Shown here: positions 41,378 through 53,900 of the stretch, one piece after another
Layout of the letters: every line of letters starts with the position of its first letter
Position numbering within the stretch: position 1 is the stretch's first letter
From: Felis catus
Taxonomy: Eukaryota
Direction: 5' to 3'
Length of the DNA: 64,000 bases
NCBI RefSeq assembly: GCF_018350175.1
Contig: NC_058368.1
Span: 213,406,001-213,470,000 of the forward strand
The notes under the pieces: model-generated
Database searches by the model: none
What the model was told of the DNA's origin: nothing
Seen by the model: only the letters and a program-made list of their open reading frames with translations
Program-made: the position numbers and the translations under genes

Positions 41378-42468
41378 CTGTAGCAACGATGTTCGGAAGG
41401 ATGAAGAGACCGGGACGCTCATCACCTCCTGTCCTGTCCCCTAAATGTATTCCCCCCGACCCTGGAGTCCCATCTACCTTCGAAACCAGTGTTAGAGCTG
41501 ATCTCCCAAATTTGGAGCTGGCCTCGTGGCTAAGTTGCTGCCGTACCTGCACCATGTGCTCTCCTAAGCACTTCCTGTTGTGCCCAAGCAGAAACCCCCA
41601 GACTCCGAACTGCTCTTGGCAAGCCCCACACGCTGTTGCTGTGGGTCTCAGTGAAGTCACACGTGGGGAGTCAAATTCGATTTCCTGCTGACCCTGACTG
41701 CCGATGGCAGCAGTGTGTCACAGTCTGACCCTGAAATCCTGCAACACCCAAACGCCAGACCCCATGTGAGACCGTGACCGTGGATTCCAAAGCTCCCAGG
41801 GACGCCCAGAGCTCCCTTCCTTCCTCCTCCTGCCACACATGCTCCTGTTGTGTGTTTTCATCACACGCCAGCTGCCTTCACTGCCGTCTCCTCTCTCCAC
41901 TGGGGGGTGGGGGACGTTTCCACGGCAACACTCGTGCCTGCTCCGTGTGCTAGTGTGGAGAGGCCTGGCTGAAATCCGCCTTGGAGATCTGCATAGAGAT
42001 TGTAAGCTTGCCTTTTATTTCTCTTATTTACACACTTTCTCATTGAAGGACGTTGAGGGGAATGGAAAGGCGTACCGAGCTCTCTGGGAGGCAGGGGAAG
42101 GACCACAGATTAAATGCCCCCTTCAGGTTGAGGCCGAGCTAGCCAGCATCACTGCTCTTGCACATAAAGGTCAGTCCATTAGTGTGGTTTCACGAAGGCG
42201 ACTCCACGTCCCATGTGGTCTGAAGGAAATGTGCTAATGGGAGCAGCCTGATTTTTCCGTAGGTGATTTCACTTGCTGTTAAACAGGAAAACAGGCCCAT
42301 TACAGGCTCTCAGCTCTGGCCAGACTCTACTGGAATCACCCAGGAACCTTAAAAAGATTGTGATGCTGGGCCCTGGCCCTTACCTTCACCCCCATCCCTG
42401 AGGTTTCATGATTGAAATATTTCAATCATGAAGTAAGCTGGGGAATTTACTGAGCAGGAGGATTTTAA

Positions 42469-42685
42469 TTTTTTTTTTTTTTCAACGTTTATTTATTTTT
42501 GGGACAGAGAGAGATAGAGCATGAACGGGGGAGGGGCAGAGAGAGAGGGAGACACAGAATCGGAAACAGGCTCCAGGCTCTGAGCCATCAGCCCAGAGCC
42601 CGACGCGGGGCTCGAACTCACGCACCGCGAGATCGTGACCTGGCTGAAGTCGGACGCTTAACCAACTGCGCCACCCAGGCGCCCC
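42469..42685 (-). mobile_element. Young SINEC_Fc-like element inside a MER5-like remnant
   Basis: 17-bp TSD GAGCAGGAGGATTTTAA (42452-42468/42686-42702). Confidence 0.95.
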
Positions 42686-44119
42686 GAGCAGGAGGATTTT
42701 AAAAAGCTTACTACGTGTCTTTAACGTGCAGCCTACCGCATCAGCCCTCAAGTGGGATGCTCTCTGTGTTAGGGGAGAACTGCAGAGGTTCAGGTAGAGC
42801 CCTGGGCACGGGCATTTTAAGGAACAGGAATATGAAAAAATAAAGGTTAGGCCCTGAATGTGTTTACAATTTGGTAACTCTGTAGAATCTGGTTCAAGGC
42901 CGGATGTTCTGAAGGTGCCACAGGAATACTTAATGATTATAAATGACAGGATTAGCCTTCCATATCCCGAGTTCATGAGTCTTAAAAACTCTGGAAGCTA
43001 CTGGGATTAAACGTCAAGTGGTTTCCTTTGACAAGTTGCCCGGATCCCACTGAAAGTACAAGCAATTGAGACTATGCGGAGGCAAAGGTGAGCATGACAA
43101 GGTCTGATGACTTAAGGTGTTTCCCAATATTGGGAAGGGCTTCAGTTTTCTAGAAGAGCAAAAGCACAGGAACAGAGAAGGCTGAGAATGCCCCCAGCCT
43201 GCGGAGGCATCTGGACAAGAAGAGTTCCGTTTGTTCAGTGCACATCAGTGCCCTTTCCAGCAAAGCAATCACAGAGAGCCCAGGCTGCCATGAAGCCAAG
43301 GTGAACAGGGAGGAAATCAGCTACCCTTAACTTCATTAGGGAGAGATGTTGAGTGGAAAAAAAACCTCCCCAGAAGGCAATGCCCTGACCCGGGCTTCGT
43401 TGGCTCCCCTATGCCACCTGGACTAAAGACATCACTCCTGAACTCCAAGGTAGGGGACACCACTGAAGTCTGATGTAGTTATCTGAAGGCCGTAATCAGC
43501 CTGTGCTTCAGAAACCCAAGTGGTACTTAGTTCCTCCTGAGTAAGTATTTCGTACGCCTTGCTCATGAGCCTTGGTGTGACAGTGTGGAGGGCATACAGA
43601 AAATCTTACTTCTGAACCTCTTTTTATAAGTTCTTCTTGGTTGATTAAGGCTACAGTCTCTGTCTTTAAACATCTGTACCCCCTCATTTCCTTACATTCT
43701 TCTAAAACAGGAAAGAATACAAACCTTGATATTTTCCGAGGACAAATCTCAGTACTGGAATTTCTCTTTCTACAGTCTCAACATGATTCCCCTCCCCTGT
43801 CACAAGAGTTTCTTGCTTTACTTACCGGCCACTTAAGTCCTAAGAAGAAGATATAAATGTGAAAGGGCTTCCTTCTTAGCACATTTAGAGAAGCAGTCAA
43901 GCGGTCGTTAAAAATCTTCAATAGTATGACTTTAACTACTGGGGGCAGTGGTTTATAACTTCCTTGTAACACTGCTTTTGCAAGAACCATCCGCCGACAT
44001 AAGACTTGACTACATTTGATTTCTCTGACCCAGATGATAGTAGTTATGTTCCTTCGTGCTCACCAGGAACCAATCTGCCAGCTGCCCCCGCCCTGCTGGT
44101 TGTTGAACTGGTGTCTTAC

Positions 44120-44381
44120 CTACTCCAGGCTCCAGGAGGCTGGTCTTTCTGGATAGCAAGCCCTTCCCATTGGCTTCCCGTCTGGTGGAGGATCTGGGCT
44201 GGTCATTCCCTTTCTTGATGACTACAAGGACATCTTTGTGCAGCTGTGCTTGGTGCAGAACCTTCAGGACATCCCCATGGGCTAAGCCAGCCAGTGAGGT
44301 GCCATTGACTGATAGAAGGAAATCCCCTCGGTTCACAGTCCCTTCCTGAGAAGCAGCCCCCTGAGAAAACACCCTGTGCAC
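44120..44381 (-). CDS. PDZD2: PDZD2 coding exon (262 nt; penultimate PDZ domain)
   Basis: gcag|GTG CAC..GTA G|gtaag; VHRVFSQGAASQEGTVNRGDFLLSVNGTSLAGLAHGDVLKVLHQAQLHK... Confidence 0.96.
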
Positions 44382-45188
44382 CTGCGGCAAGGAGAAGTCA
44401 AAAGCCAAAGTCATCATACAGACGTGGTTTACCAAAAACCTATTCAGTGTGAGGGATGGAATATATATATTTAAAATGTTTAATGTTTATTTAGTTCTGA
44501 GAAAGAGACAGAGCATGAGCGGGGGAGGGGCAGAGAGAGGGAGACACAGAATTGGAAGCAGGCTCCAGGCTCCGAGCTGTTAGCACAAAGCCCGATATGA
44601 GGCTCAAACTCATGAACCGTGAGATCATGACCTGAGCTGAAATTGCACGCTCAACCAATGGAGCCACCCAGACGCCCCTGGAATATATTTTTTACTCAAC
44701 TTCTTGCTCGTGTCTAATATATGCCTGGCACTCCATGGGGGCAAGAAGAACACAAAAATGAACAGGACCTGGTCTTGCCTAATGAAGGTGGCCTCTCCAA
44801 TGATCTCAAAGTCCTTTGAGTGATACAAAATTTTAGGTTGTTCTTGAGAAGGAAGTGATTTCAAAAGCAAATGTGGGTTTGGTCAGTTAATTCTAGTGTT
44901 TTCCTAGTGTTAGAATAAAATGTTAGGTGAATAGGAGGGTACAGAAAACTGATGTGTATTTGCATCTAATCACTCCGTCTGTATACATCAGTCAGCTCTG
45001 TGGTAAGAATGTGTATCTTTGCTAATGAATATATCATATCCTACTTTCCCCACTTTTCCATTTTTGTTTTGTTAGGAGGGAACAAACACCAGCATTCTTT
45101 GAACTCACAGACGTGAATTTTGTTCTGATCAAATGTGAGGCTGCTTCGGGAGTGACTTTCCTGCGAGCACCTTGACACTGTCACTTAC

Positions 45189-45290
45189 CACAATTGATTT
45201 TGGCTCCACATCTGTTCCTCCTGCCACAGTGAATCCCAGACCTGAGCCTTCTTTTTTATTCAAGACGATGAAGCAAACATCTTCTTTATT
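45189..45290 (-). CDS. PDZD2: PDZD2 coding exon (102 nt; GLGF loop)
   Basis: cactag|AAT..GTG|gtaagt; NKEDVCFIVLNKKEGSGLGFTVAGGTDVEPKSIV. Confidence 0.96.
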
Positions 45291-45316
45291 CTAGTGAAAA
45301 GAAACAGAAAAAAGTA

Positions 45317-45828
45317 CAGTTGATCCTTGAACAACATGGGGTTTGGGGCACCCACCCCCACACTGTGGAAAATGTGCCTATAAATTTTGACTGCCCCTCA
45401 CACTTAACCGCTAATAGCCTGCCCTTGATGGAAGCCTCACTAATAACATAAACAGTTGGTTAACACATAGTTTCTGTTATATGTATTATATACTGTATTC
45501 TTACAGTAAAGTTAGAGAGGGGTGCCTGGTGGCTCAGTTAAGCGTCTGACTCTTGATTTCAGCTCAGGTCACGGTTTCATGGTTTGTGAGTTCGAGCCCT
45601 GCACTGGGCCCTGCGTTGGCAGTATGGAGCCTGCTTAGGATTCTTGGTCTCCCTCTCTCTGTCCTACTCCTGTTCGCTCACTCTCAAAAAAAAAAAAAAA
45701 AAAAAAAAGCTAGAAGGGAAAAAACATAATTAAGAAAGTCCTAACAAAGAGAGTGCATTTAGAGTGCTATAAAAAACTCACGCGTAAGTGGACCTGTGCA
45801 GTTCAAACCCGTGTTGTTCAAGGTCACG
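45317..45828. mobile_element. Tigger2-like DNA transposon derivative interrupted by a Can-SINE (45519-45708)
   Basis: TA|CAGTTGATCCTTGAACAACATGGGGTTTG ... CAAACCCGTGTTGTTCAAGGTCACG|TA terminal inverted repeats. Confidence 0.8.
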
Positions 45829-46129
45829 TATCTGTTTCTTGTGCTGGGAGTTAGTAAGTTCTGTGGTCAGCCCTCCCGCTGTGCTGCACAGCTTGTCAGC
45901 ACGAGCCCCAGTGGCTATTCAGGAGCTTTCCCACCTTTCCTGAACTCAACTGTCCTCTACCCATCCCGGGCAGTGCTTACTTGGAGTTTGGGGGTCCATC
46001 CTGTACCTATAGAACCACGGGGATGGTGGACAGAAAGGGGCAGGGACGGGACATATAGGAGCTATTCTAGGCACCAGATTGTGTCTTCCCAAATCTGAAG
46101 ACAGCACGTAATTTGGTCATGAAGGGAAT

Positions 46130-48996
46130 TCTTTTTGTTTTTTTTAATGTTTATTTTTGAGAGAGAGAGAGAGAGAGAGAGAGAGGCAGAGAGAGGGAGA
46201 CAGAGGATCTGAAGCAGGCTCTGTGCTGAGCGTGCAGAGCCCAATGCGGGGCTTGAACTCTTGAACCGTGAAATCATGACCTGAGCCAAAGTCAGATGCT
46301 TAGCCTTAGACTGTGCCACCCAGGTGTCTTGCGAAGGGAATTCTTCATTCTATAACTGTTTAAGTCTATAATTTAGTCAGGCCAGGGTCAACAACAGCAG
46401 AGAAGTGCCAAGAGGCAGGATGAGAACACACTGGGGCCAACTGTTTTATGACCCCTTCCCGCCACATTCAGTTCGTTGGATTTGAGGTGTAATTAATGAA
46501 TGGGTATTCCTAAAATACAAAGTATGTTAAAAAAAATATAAAGTAGGGGCGCCTGGGTGGCTCAGCTGGCTCTGTCTCTGTCTCAAAAATAAACATTAAG
46601 AAAAAAAATTTTAAAAAATATATAAAGTACCCTAAAACTGCCTGCCAACTTGTATTTGAGACTAGAACATTCCTAGTAGTGTCTAGGCTTACATAACAAA
46701 AGACTGTCCTGTGTTTCAAGCATCCAACAAAAGATACCTTAAAATATTTTAAAATAACTGAGGCTAATTATTCTGAATTTTGACTTCCTTCACCACACAT
46801 GGTAAAAATGATTCCGCAACATTTTTCAAGATCTGCATTGCTAGGTTTCCCATGAAGTGATTTATAATCCATCAATTCAAGGTGTTCTCAACCCAGCAAC
46901 AGAAAAAGAATCAAAAAATAAAACTGAAGTGTTGTTTTGATGAGAGAAGGTGAAAACACTGAAAGACAGAACCACCTCTGTATTGTGCTGGGGAAGGAAC
47001 CCATAATTAAAAAAAAAAAAAAAAGAGTTTAGGAGTGCCTGGGTGGCTCAGTCGGTTAAGCGTCTGACTCTTGATTTCAGCTCAGGTCATAATGTCATGG
47101 TTGGTGAATTTGAGCCCTGAATCAGGCTCTGCACTGACAAGGCGGAGCCTGCTTGGGATTTTCTCTCTCCCTGCCCATTCCCCACTCACATGCAGGCTCG
47201 CTCGCTCTCTCAAAATAAAACATAAAAAAATAAAAAGAGTTTAGTCCTATTAATACGTCCTAAAGAGTGATCCCAAGCATTTTATGTGTCCCCAAAGAAG
47301 TTCATTCAAATCAAATCTCCATTTGCTGACACTAGAATGTTCCACAGACCTGCTGGGGGATTTTGACTTTGTTGGGAAGTCCAACCATTTACAGGCTCAG
47401 ACACGTTCAGAGAGAAGAATAAAAACTAGGCGTTCTTGATGAAAATGGGGCATGTGGTCTGGTACACCCAAATTTTAATTTGCTCAAAAAATGTTTTTTC
47501 GAATTGTGTCTGAGGATACAAGTGCACTAGAAGCCGACCACGGCCACTCTGTGAAAGCAAGTGACGACTGCAGGGAAATGAGGGTGAACAGCTGCATTCT
47601 GATGCAAGTAGGAATGCTGTTCCACACCAAGCCACCGTACTTGTCTGGGGGTGAATGTGGAACCAGAGGGACGGGGTGGGAGACCCTCCCAGCTGGCACT
47701 CAGCGTCCTGCCCGCACAAAAAGTCTCCCATTGTGTCTGTGGTCCCTGAAAACGTGCATCTCATTTGTGAGGTAGGTTGAGACTTTTTGGTTTTCTGCTT
47801 CTACTTTCTTTTCTTCTTCTTAAGTTTATTTGAGAGAGAGAGGCAGAGAGAAAGGGAGAGAGAGTCCCAAGCACTGACAGTGCAGAGCCTAACGCAAGGC
47901 TTGATCCCATGAACCGTGAGATCATGACCTGAGCCGAAATCAAGAGTCGGACGGCTTAACGAACTGAGCCACCTAGGTGCCCCTCCTTCTACATTTTATC
48001 TAACACTGTAGAATGTCTGAGGACAAGGGACCTGGCAAAGTGTGATCCCACCATGCCATGTTGATTGGAAATGCCAGAATGAGACTTGCATGCATGAAAC
48101 ACTTATTGTCACAAGTCGAAGAAAGAAGGGAGAGGACAGAACGGTCCCTTTCACTGAAAGTGAAAAATGCTGGATGTCTCAATGTGTTTGTTAACTGCAC
48201 AGACCCAAACCAGCAGGCTGAGGACCAGAGGGAGTGTGTAAACTAAGGGGAGCTGGTCTCCTCTCCAACCTGGTTCCTTCCTCAGGGGATGCCAACATCA
48301 CAGCCCTTCTGGGTAATGCTAGAAATTGCTGGCACAGTGTTCTCAGATCTATGAGTGGCCCAGGTACATTACCAGTCAAGAAAAAATTGTTCATATTTGT
48401 TTTCTCAAAACAAATATTCACTTATTAGGGTTCAAATCTCTAAGGGCAGTTCTGAGAAATTAATGTTGTTCTTCAGAGAAGTATTCTAGATATGAACCCA
48501 TGGCTTCTTCTGTTACTATCATCACATCCAATTTATTGAAAGACTGCATTTTTTTTTAAAAAATTTTAAATGTTTATTTTTTTTTGAGAGAGAGAGCACG
48601 AGCAGGGGAGGGGCACAGAGAGAGAGGGAGACACAGAATCTGAAGCAGGCTCCAGGCTCTGAGCTATCAGCACATAGCCTGATGCGGGGCTTGAACTCAT
48701 GGACCGAGAAGATCATGACCTGAGCCGAAGCTGAATGCTTAACCGACTGAGCCAGCCGGCCGCCCCAAAAGACTTTTTTTTTTAATGTTTATTTTTGACA
48801 GAGACAGACAGAGTGCAAGTGGGGGAGGGGCAGAGAGAGAGGGAGACACAGAATCTGAAGCATCTCCAGGATCCGAGCTGTCAGCACAGAGCCCACTGTC
48901 AGCACAGAGCCAGATGCGGGGCTCAAACTCATGAACTGTGACAGCATGACTTGAGCTGAAGTTGGACACTCGACTGACTGAGCCACCCAGGTGCCC
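46130..48996. mobile_element. Intronic Can-SINE cluster (-46130-46327, +46546-46620 deleted copy, +47031-47236, -47815-47983, -48548-48766, -48775-48996)
   Basis: SINE motifs. Confidence 0.88.
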
Positions 48997-49090
48997 CAAA
49001 AGACTGCATTTCTAATGACCGGTTAGCCACCTTGTCTTGAATCCCAGGCTTCAGAAGCTCTCATGCTGGGGGCCTGGGTAGGGGGATGGA

Positions 49091-49091
<1 letters not shown>

Positions 49092-49151
<60 letters not shown>

Positions 49152-49161
49152 GCGCGCGCGC
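49092..49161. repeat. Compound (CA)n(CG)12 microsatellite
   Basis: 70 bp of uninterrupted alternating purine-pyrimidine. Confidence 0.97.
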
Positions 49162-49173
49162 TAACTCATTTCC

Positions 49174-49187
49174 CCAGCAGGTGGCGC
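49174..49187 (+). promoter_or_regulatory. Candidate CTCF site
   Basis: CCAGCAGGTGGCGC fits the CTCF core consensus CCASYAGRKGGCRS. Confidence 0.55.
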
Positions 49188-49572
49188 CCTTGACAAGTAG
49201 TTAACATCCACCTAGGTGCAGAGATGTGCTGTGGCCATTCCCTCATGTTTCCAACATGCCTAGTTCAGTTTTGAGGACCCTCTGTTGACAGACTCCAAGC
49301 GTGGGGGGTGAGGAGGATGGTAACTAGTCACTACTGGGGAATTAACACAGCGGCTGCGCCAATCTGGCACCTGAAATTCAAGTCAAGGTCTAGCTTGTGA
49401 AGCCAGCTGCAAGCTGCAAGTGCGAGAGAGGTCAGACCCAGCTGGGCAGCTCTGTGCTCGGGCTCAGAGCAGAGCTCTTCCTGGCTCCCAGAGCTCCTGC
49501 CCCGAACCTGGGCACGACCCCACCCCGGCCCTGCCCCGGCTTCCTCTCCCTGTGTGGCCGGGCTCCACTCAC

Positions 49573-49690
49573 CTCTGATTGTGCTTTCGCTTCCTGAATG
49601 AGAGCCGGGACCGTCGATCTTGACCCCACTGATGATAAAACAGACTGTAATCTTTGCTGGTCTCCTGCTGAGACTAGAAGTTGATCCAAA
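49573..49690 (-). CDS. PDZD2: PDZD2 coding exon (118 nt)
   Basis: tattag|T TTG GAT..GAG|gtgag; (N)LDQLLVSAGDQQRLQSVLSSVGSRSTVPALIQEAKAQSE. Confidence 0.95.
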
Positions 49691-50662
49691 CTAATATAAA
49701 AATATGAAAGAAAAAGGCAATTTTCTCCTTTCATAAGGTTGTATTTACAAAGCTCTTTCTACCAAGTTGCAGGTGTTTTCTGATTTTCATGCTCTTTTGT
49801 TTTTAAAAATAATTTTTTTAATGTCTATTTTTTTCTCGAGAGCGCACTGTGAAGGATGGACAGAGACAGCAAGGAGTCACAGACTCTGAAGCAGGCTCCA
49901 GGCTCTGAGCTGTCAGCACAGAACCCGATGTGGGGGTCGAACTCATGAACTGTGAGATCATGACCTGAGCCGAAGTCAGACGCTCAACTGACCGAGCCAC
50001 CCAGGCGCCCCTTCAAAAGGTGCCCCTTTTGGTCATAAGAACTCTCAATACAAACTGCTTGAAGAATCCTGAGTGCTGGGCAGGAATGTCATTCACAGGA
50101 ATTACTGTGGCTTCTGGGATCCATCACCTCAGGATGTGAGGGAACCAGTGCTGGAGGTCCGCAGAACATTTCTGACAGTTTGAAAAATATTCTTTAAAAT
50201 GTTAGGAATTTTCTGCTTAACTTGGGTCGGCTTCGAAGGCCCAGACTGTTGTCCCCTGAGGTGCAGCCCTCCCTGTCCACTCTCATCTCTCTGATGGCGC
50301 TCTTGCCAAAAGTGCCATGTCCCATCAAGACTGCCCTACAGAGCGACATTCTGGAAACCGTTTCTCTGCAGGCATGGTCTTTTTCCAGTAGTGATATTAA
50401 AAAGCAAAGGGGGCTAAATGCAATGTGGCATCCTGACAGAAAAACGACGTTAGTGAAATGTGTCCCATGAAATCTGAATAAAGTCTGTGATTAACTGTGT
50501 TCTTCTAGTGTTAAATTTCTGACTTTTGACAACTGGACCAGGATTACAGAAGATGTTCCCATTAGGAAGAGCTGGGTGAGGAGCTTGGGAGCTCTCTGCC
50601 AGTCTTTGCACCTTTTCCAAAAATTGAAAACTAGTTCATAATTTTTAAAAAAGTTTATTTGA

Positions 50663-50883
50663 GGGGTGCCCGGGTGGCTCAGTCAGTGAAGCATCCGACT
50701 TCGGCTCAGGTCAGGATCTCACAGCTCATGGGTTCGAGCCCCGCATCAGGCTCTGTGCTGACAGCTCAGAGCCTGGAGTCTGGAGCCTGCTTTGAATTCT
50801 TTGTCTTCCTCTCTCTAACCTTCCCCTTCCTGTACTCTGTCTCTCTCTCTCTCTCTTTCAAAAATAAATAATAAATATTAAAA
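50663..50883 (+). mobile_element. Can-SINE ~50 bp from the donor site of the large PDZD2 exon
   Basis: SINE head, linker and tail; AGTTTATTTGA duplication. Confidence 0.9.
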
Positions 50884-50930
50884 GTTTTTATACAGTTTAT
50901 TTGAATAAAAGGGGAGAGGCAGATACTTAC

Positions 50931-53900
50931 TTAACTGACCAGCCTTTTCCAGAAGGCAGATCCCAGGTGGTTTCACCCACATGATGGGCTGAACTGGGTG
51001 CCCCAGGCTCACTGGCTTTAGGGCTGCTTCCTCCTGGACAGGCCCTGTCCCCCCGCTTCATGGGGCACGAAAGGGCAGTGGACCCATTGAGGCCTCCCGC
51101 GGGAGAGCCAAGCGACCTCCGGGGGGTGATTTCCAGCTCGGTTTTGAAGAGCACGGCTGTCGGTCCCGCTGAGAAGTCCTCACTGCAGAGCTTGTCAAGG
51201 TCAGGCATGCTCAAGGCCCTCAGTTCCTGGAGCTTAGAGCGGGATAAGGGAGAGGGCTGGGTGTGGCGCACCGAGGACTTGTTCCTTTTGACGGGAGAGG
51301 CTGGGGTCATGGTTGGGGTGGGAATTCCAGAAGGACTAAGTGATTTCTTTGGGTCTGAGTCAGGGCCCTTGTTACTGGCCTCCGCTGGATTCTGCTGGGA
51401 GACTGTCAATGCTGTGCTGGATGGGGACTTGGTCATCTGGGGGATCAGGGTGCTGGCTTCACTTTGGCTTTCGCTGCAGGAACTCAGGCTGCGTCTCAGT
51501 GACCTTGCTGCTGGGTCACTGGGGTGGCTGAGGCTCCCGGAAGCAATACTGCCAGATGACCGTCTCCCAATGGGAGGCTTGGAGCTCGCTGACAAAAAAG
51601 GAGACACCCCAGACCTGGCCACCAGCCGGTCAGAATGGGCTAGGTTCTCAAAAGACTTGATCCTCTGCTTCACAGAGAAAAATGAGGTAGATTCGTAGTT
51701 CTGCTCAGAGTAGTAATGTCTTCTAGTGACTTTGATTTTGTCCGTGGCTAGGCAGCTCGTCTCTCGCACTGGAAGAACATCCCCTTCGTCTGTTGTCGGA
51801 AGGTTCCTCGATGTCTCCAGGAGGGGCTTGACGCTGTACATGCCCTGTCCGTTAGCCAGGCCAAGACCACCACCTCTGGCTGCCTTGGCCTCGAGGAGCC
51901 CCCCACTTGTTGCAGAGATCTGGCTGTCCCGGTGAGAGCGACCTGGGCTGTGTAGAGCATGCCCTTCCCGTCCAAAATGGCTTGAAAACTGGGCCGGCAT
52001 GGAGTAGGTCCTGGTCGCTGGCCTTGGTGTGAAATATGGATGGTCATCTGGCACTGGGCCCGCTGACGTGCCGTTCTTGGTCATCCCGAGGGAGCCTGAC
52101 ACCTGACTTGACTTCCCCTGCGAGGAATCCACCTTTCTAGTAGGCAGTTGTGGGGAGGAGGAGGAGGAAGCCAGTTTTGCCACACTGAAAGATCGCTGGG
52201 TTTCCTGCTCTACCTGGGACGCACGGGATGTGAGTGACGGCGGATGACTTGAGGACGTCTCCTCTGACTGGTGACAGAACCTGATCTCACTCTTCTCTTG
52301 ACAGTTGCTCTGGGCCAAGAACCCTCTTAATCTGTCACTTTCAGCTAGCTTGTCACCACATGCATTCTTGGGCATTCTTTCAGAAGAAATTTCAACTATT
52401 TTCAGCTGGTTTGTTCTTTCTAGGGGATCACCAGTAATTATTCTGCCTCCTTTGTCATCAGTCACCCCCGATCGGGCTACTTCTGGTGCCGAATCCATTC
52501 GGCTGGCTGTGCGCCGCTCCCTCTGCCCAGGAGGTGGGGCCTCCTGTCCGTTTGTGGCTGTGGACCCGCTGTTCCCCGAGGCCACAGGGGGAGCCCTGGT
52601 CTCTGGCCCACACTTAGGAGATCTGGGGGCTGCTGGGCAGCCTCTGTTGGGTTCTGAGTGGAAAGCCACATAGGATCTACCGCATGCACCCTGCTCAGGG
52701 AGAGTCCTGGGGGAGGCGTGGGGCGAAATGAACGCTGTGATGCTCGTTTCCGACACTGACGGCTTCAGTGACCCCGGGGCAGCAGGTGGCCTGCTCTCCA
52801 GCACGCACTGGGGGGACCTGGGGGTGGCCGTGGCATTTTTGTCAAGCTCCTCGTGGTCTATGTGGAACTGGTTAGATGCTCCCTTCAAAAGCATTTTGTG
52901 GGAGGTCTGGGGTGAAATGAGGGGTTTCCTGGGGTCTGTCCCACCAGCCTTGGCAACGTGAGCTGCAGGGGCCTCGGAACTGGCTTTGCTTTTGCTTTTG
53001 ATGCTGAGTCTCTTCAGCTTAGGACCAGATTTGGGTTTCTGACAGTTACTTAAGAGTGTTTCCACTGAACTTTTTCTAGGTGAGTCTTTATTTTCCAGAT
53101 TCACTTTCGGCTGGGGGGAGCTATTAGGCACAGCAATCCCCTTTCTGGAATTCTGGCTGAAACTCAGCACCTGACTTTTGGAGTCAGGGCTTCTGCTGGG
53201 CGCCATGGGTTGCTCCTTTTCAGTTTTGCCCTGCGAATGTGTCCCTTGGTTATTTTTATTTATTTCTTTAAACCAGGCCATGATGGGCCTCCTGGAAACC
53301 ATTTTTGGTTTCTGTAGCAACTCATCCAGCTCGTGACTTTCGGAGATATGTAGATTTGTCAAAACAGACTCTCCATTCTTAGGGACATGCATGCTACAGG
53401 GGGACTGATTTTCAGTTGCATTGACATTTGTCTCTTGTTTTTTATTTGGGGTCTCGACACCCAGCAAGTCATGTTCTAAACGATCTACCGTGTTCAGACT
53501 GCCGAGAGCGACCGGAGGGTTGTGGAAATGCGTGGCGGCTTCAGGAGGCTGCCTGTTCCCCACAGATGAGCTAGTACTGGTGGCCTCCGTGGTTTCTTCT
53601 TCACACGAGGGTCTGGGGTTCTGTAAAATCCTTACATCTGCATGAAGTTCATGCTCCTGAGAGCTTATATCCGAGAGAGGAAATGGCTGGGAAGAGTTTG
53701 GAATTGAAGGGCATGAGTTTCCTGGCACAAAGGATGCTCTCTCGCGTGGATTTCCCACCACTTGACTCAGAGCACTGTGCTTTAAGGGCAGAACTTTGGC
53801 CAAAACAGGGCAGGGTGCAGCCTGGGCAGGTGCGTGAGCAGTAGTTGAAGGTGGATTGGGGGAACCATTTGTAGAACAAATTTCAATTTGCTCCTCCTCA

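Noticed and set aside
39848..45290. IL16 (similar C-terminal tandem PDZ domains)
   Set aside because: The exon peptides, RNSS C-terminus and upstream exons match PDZD2
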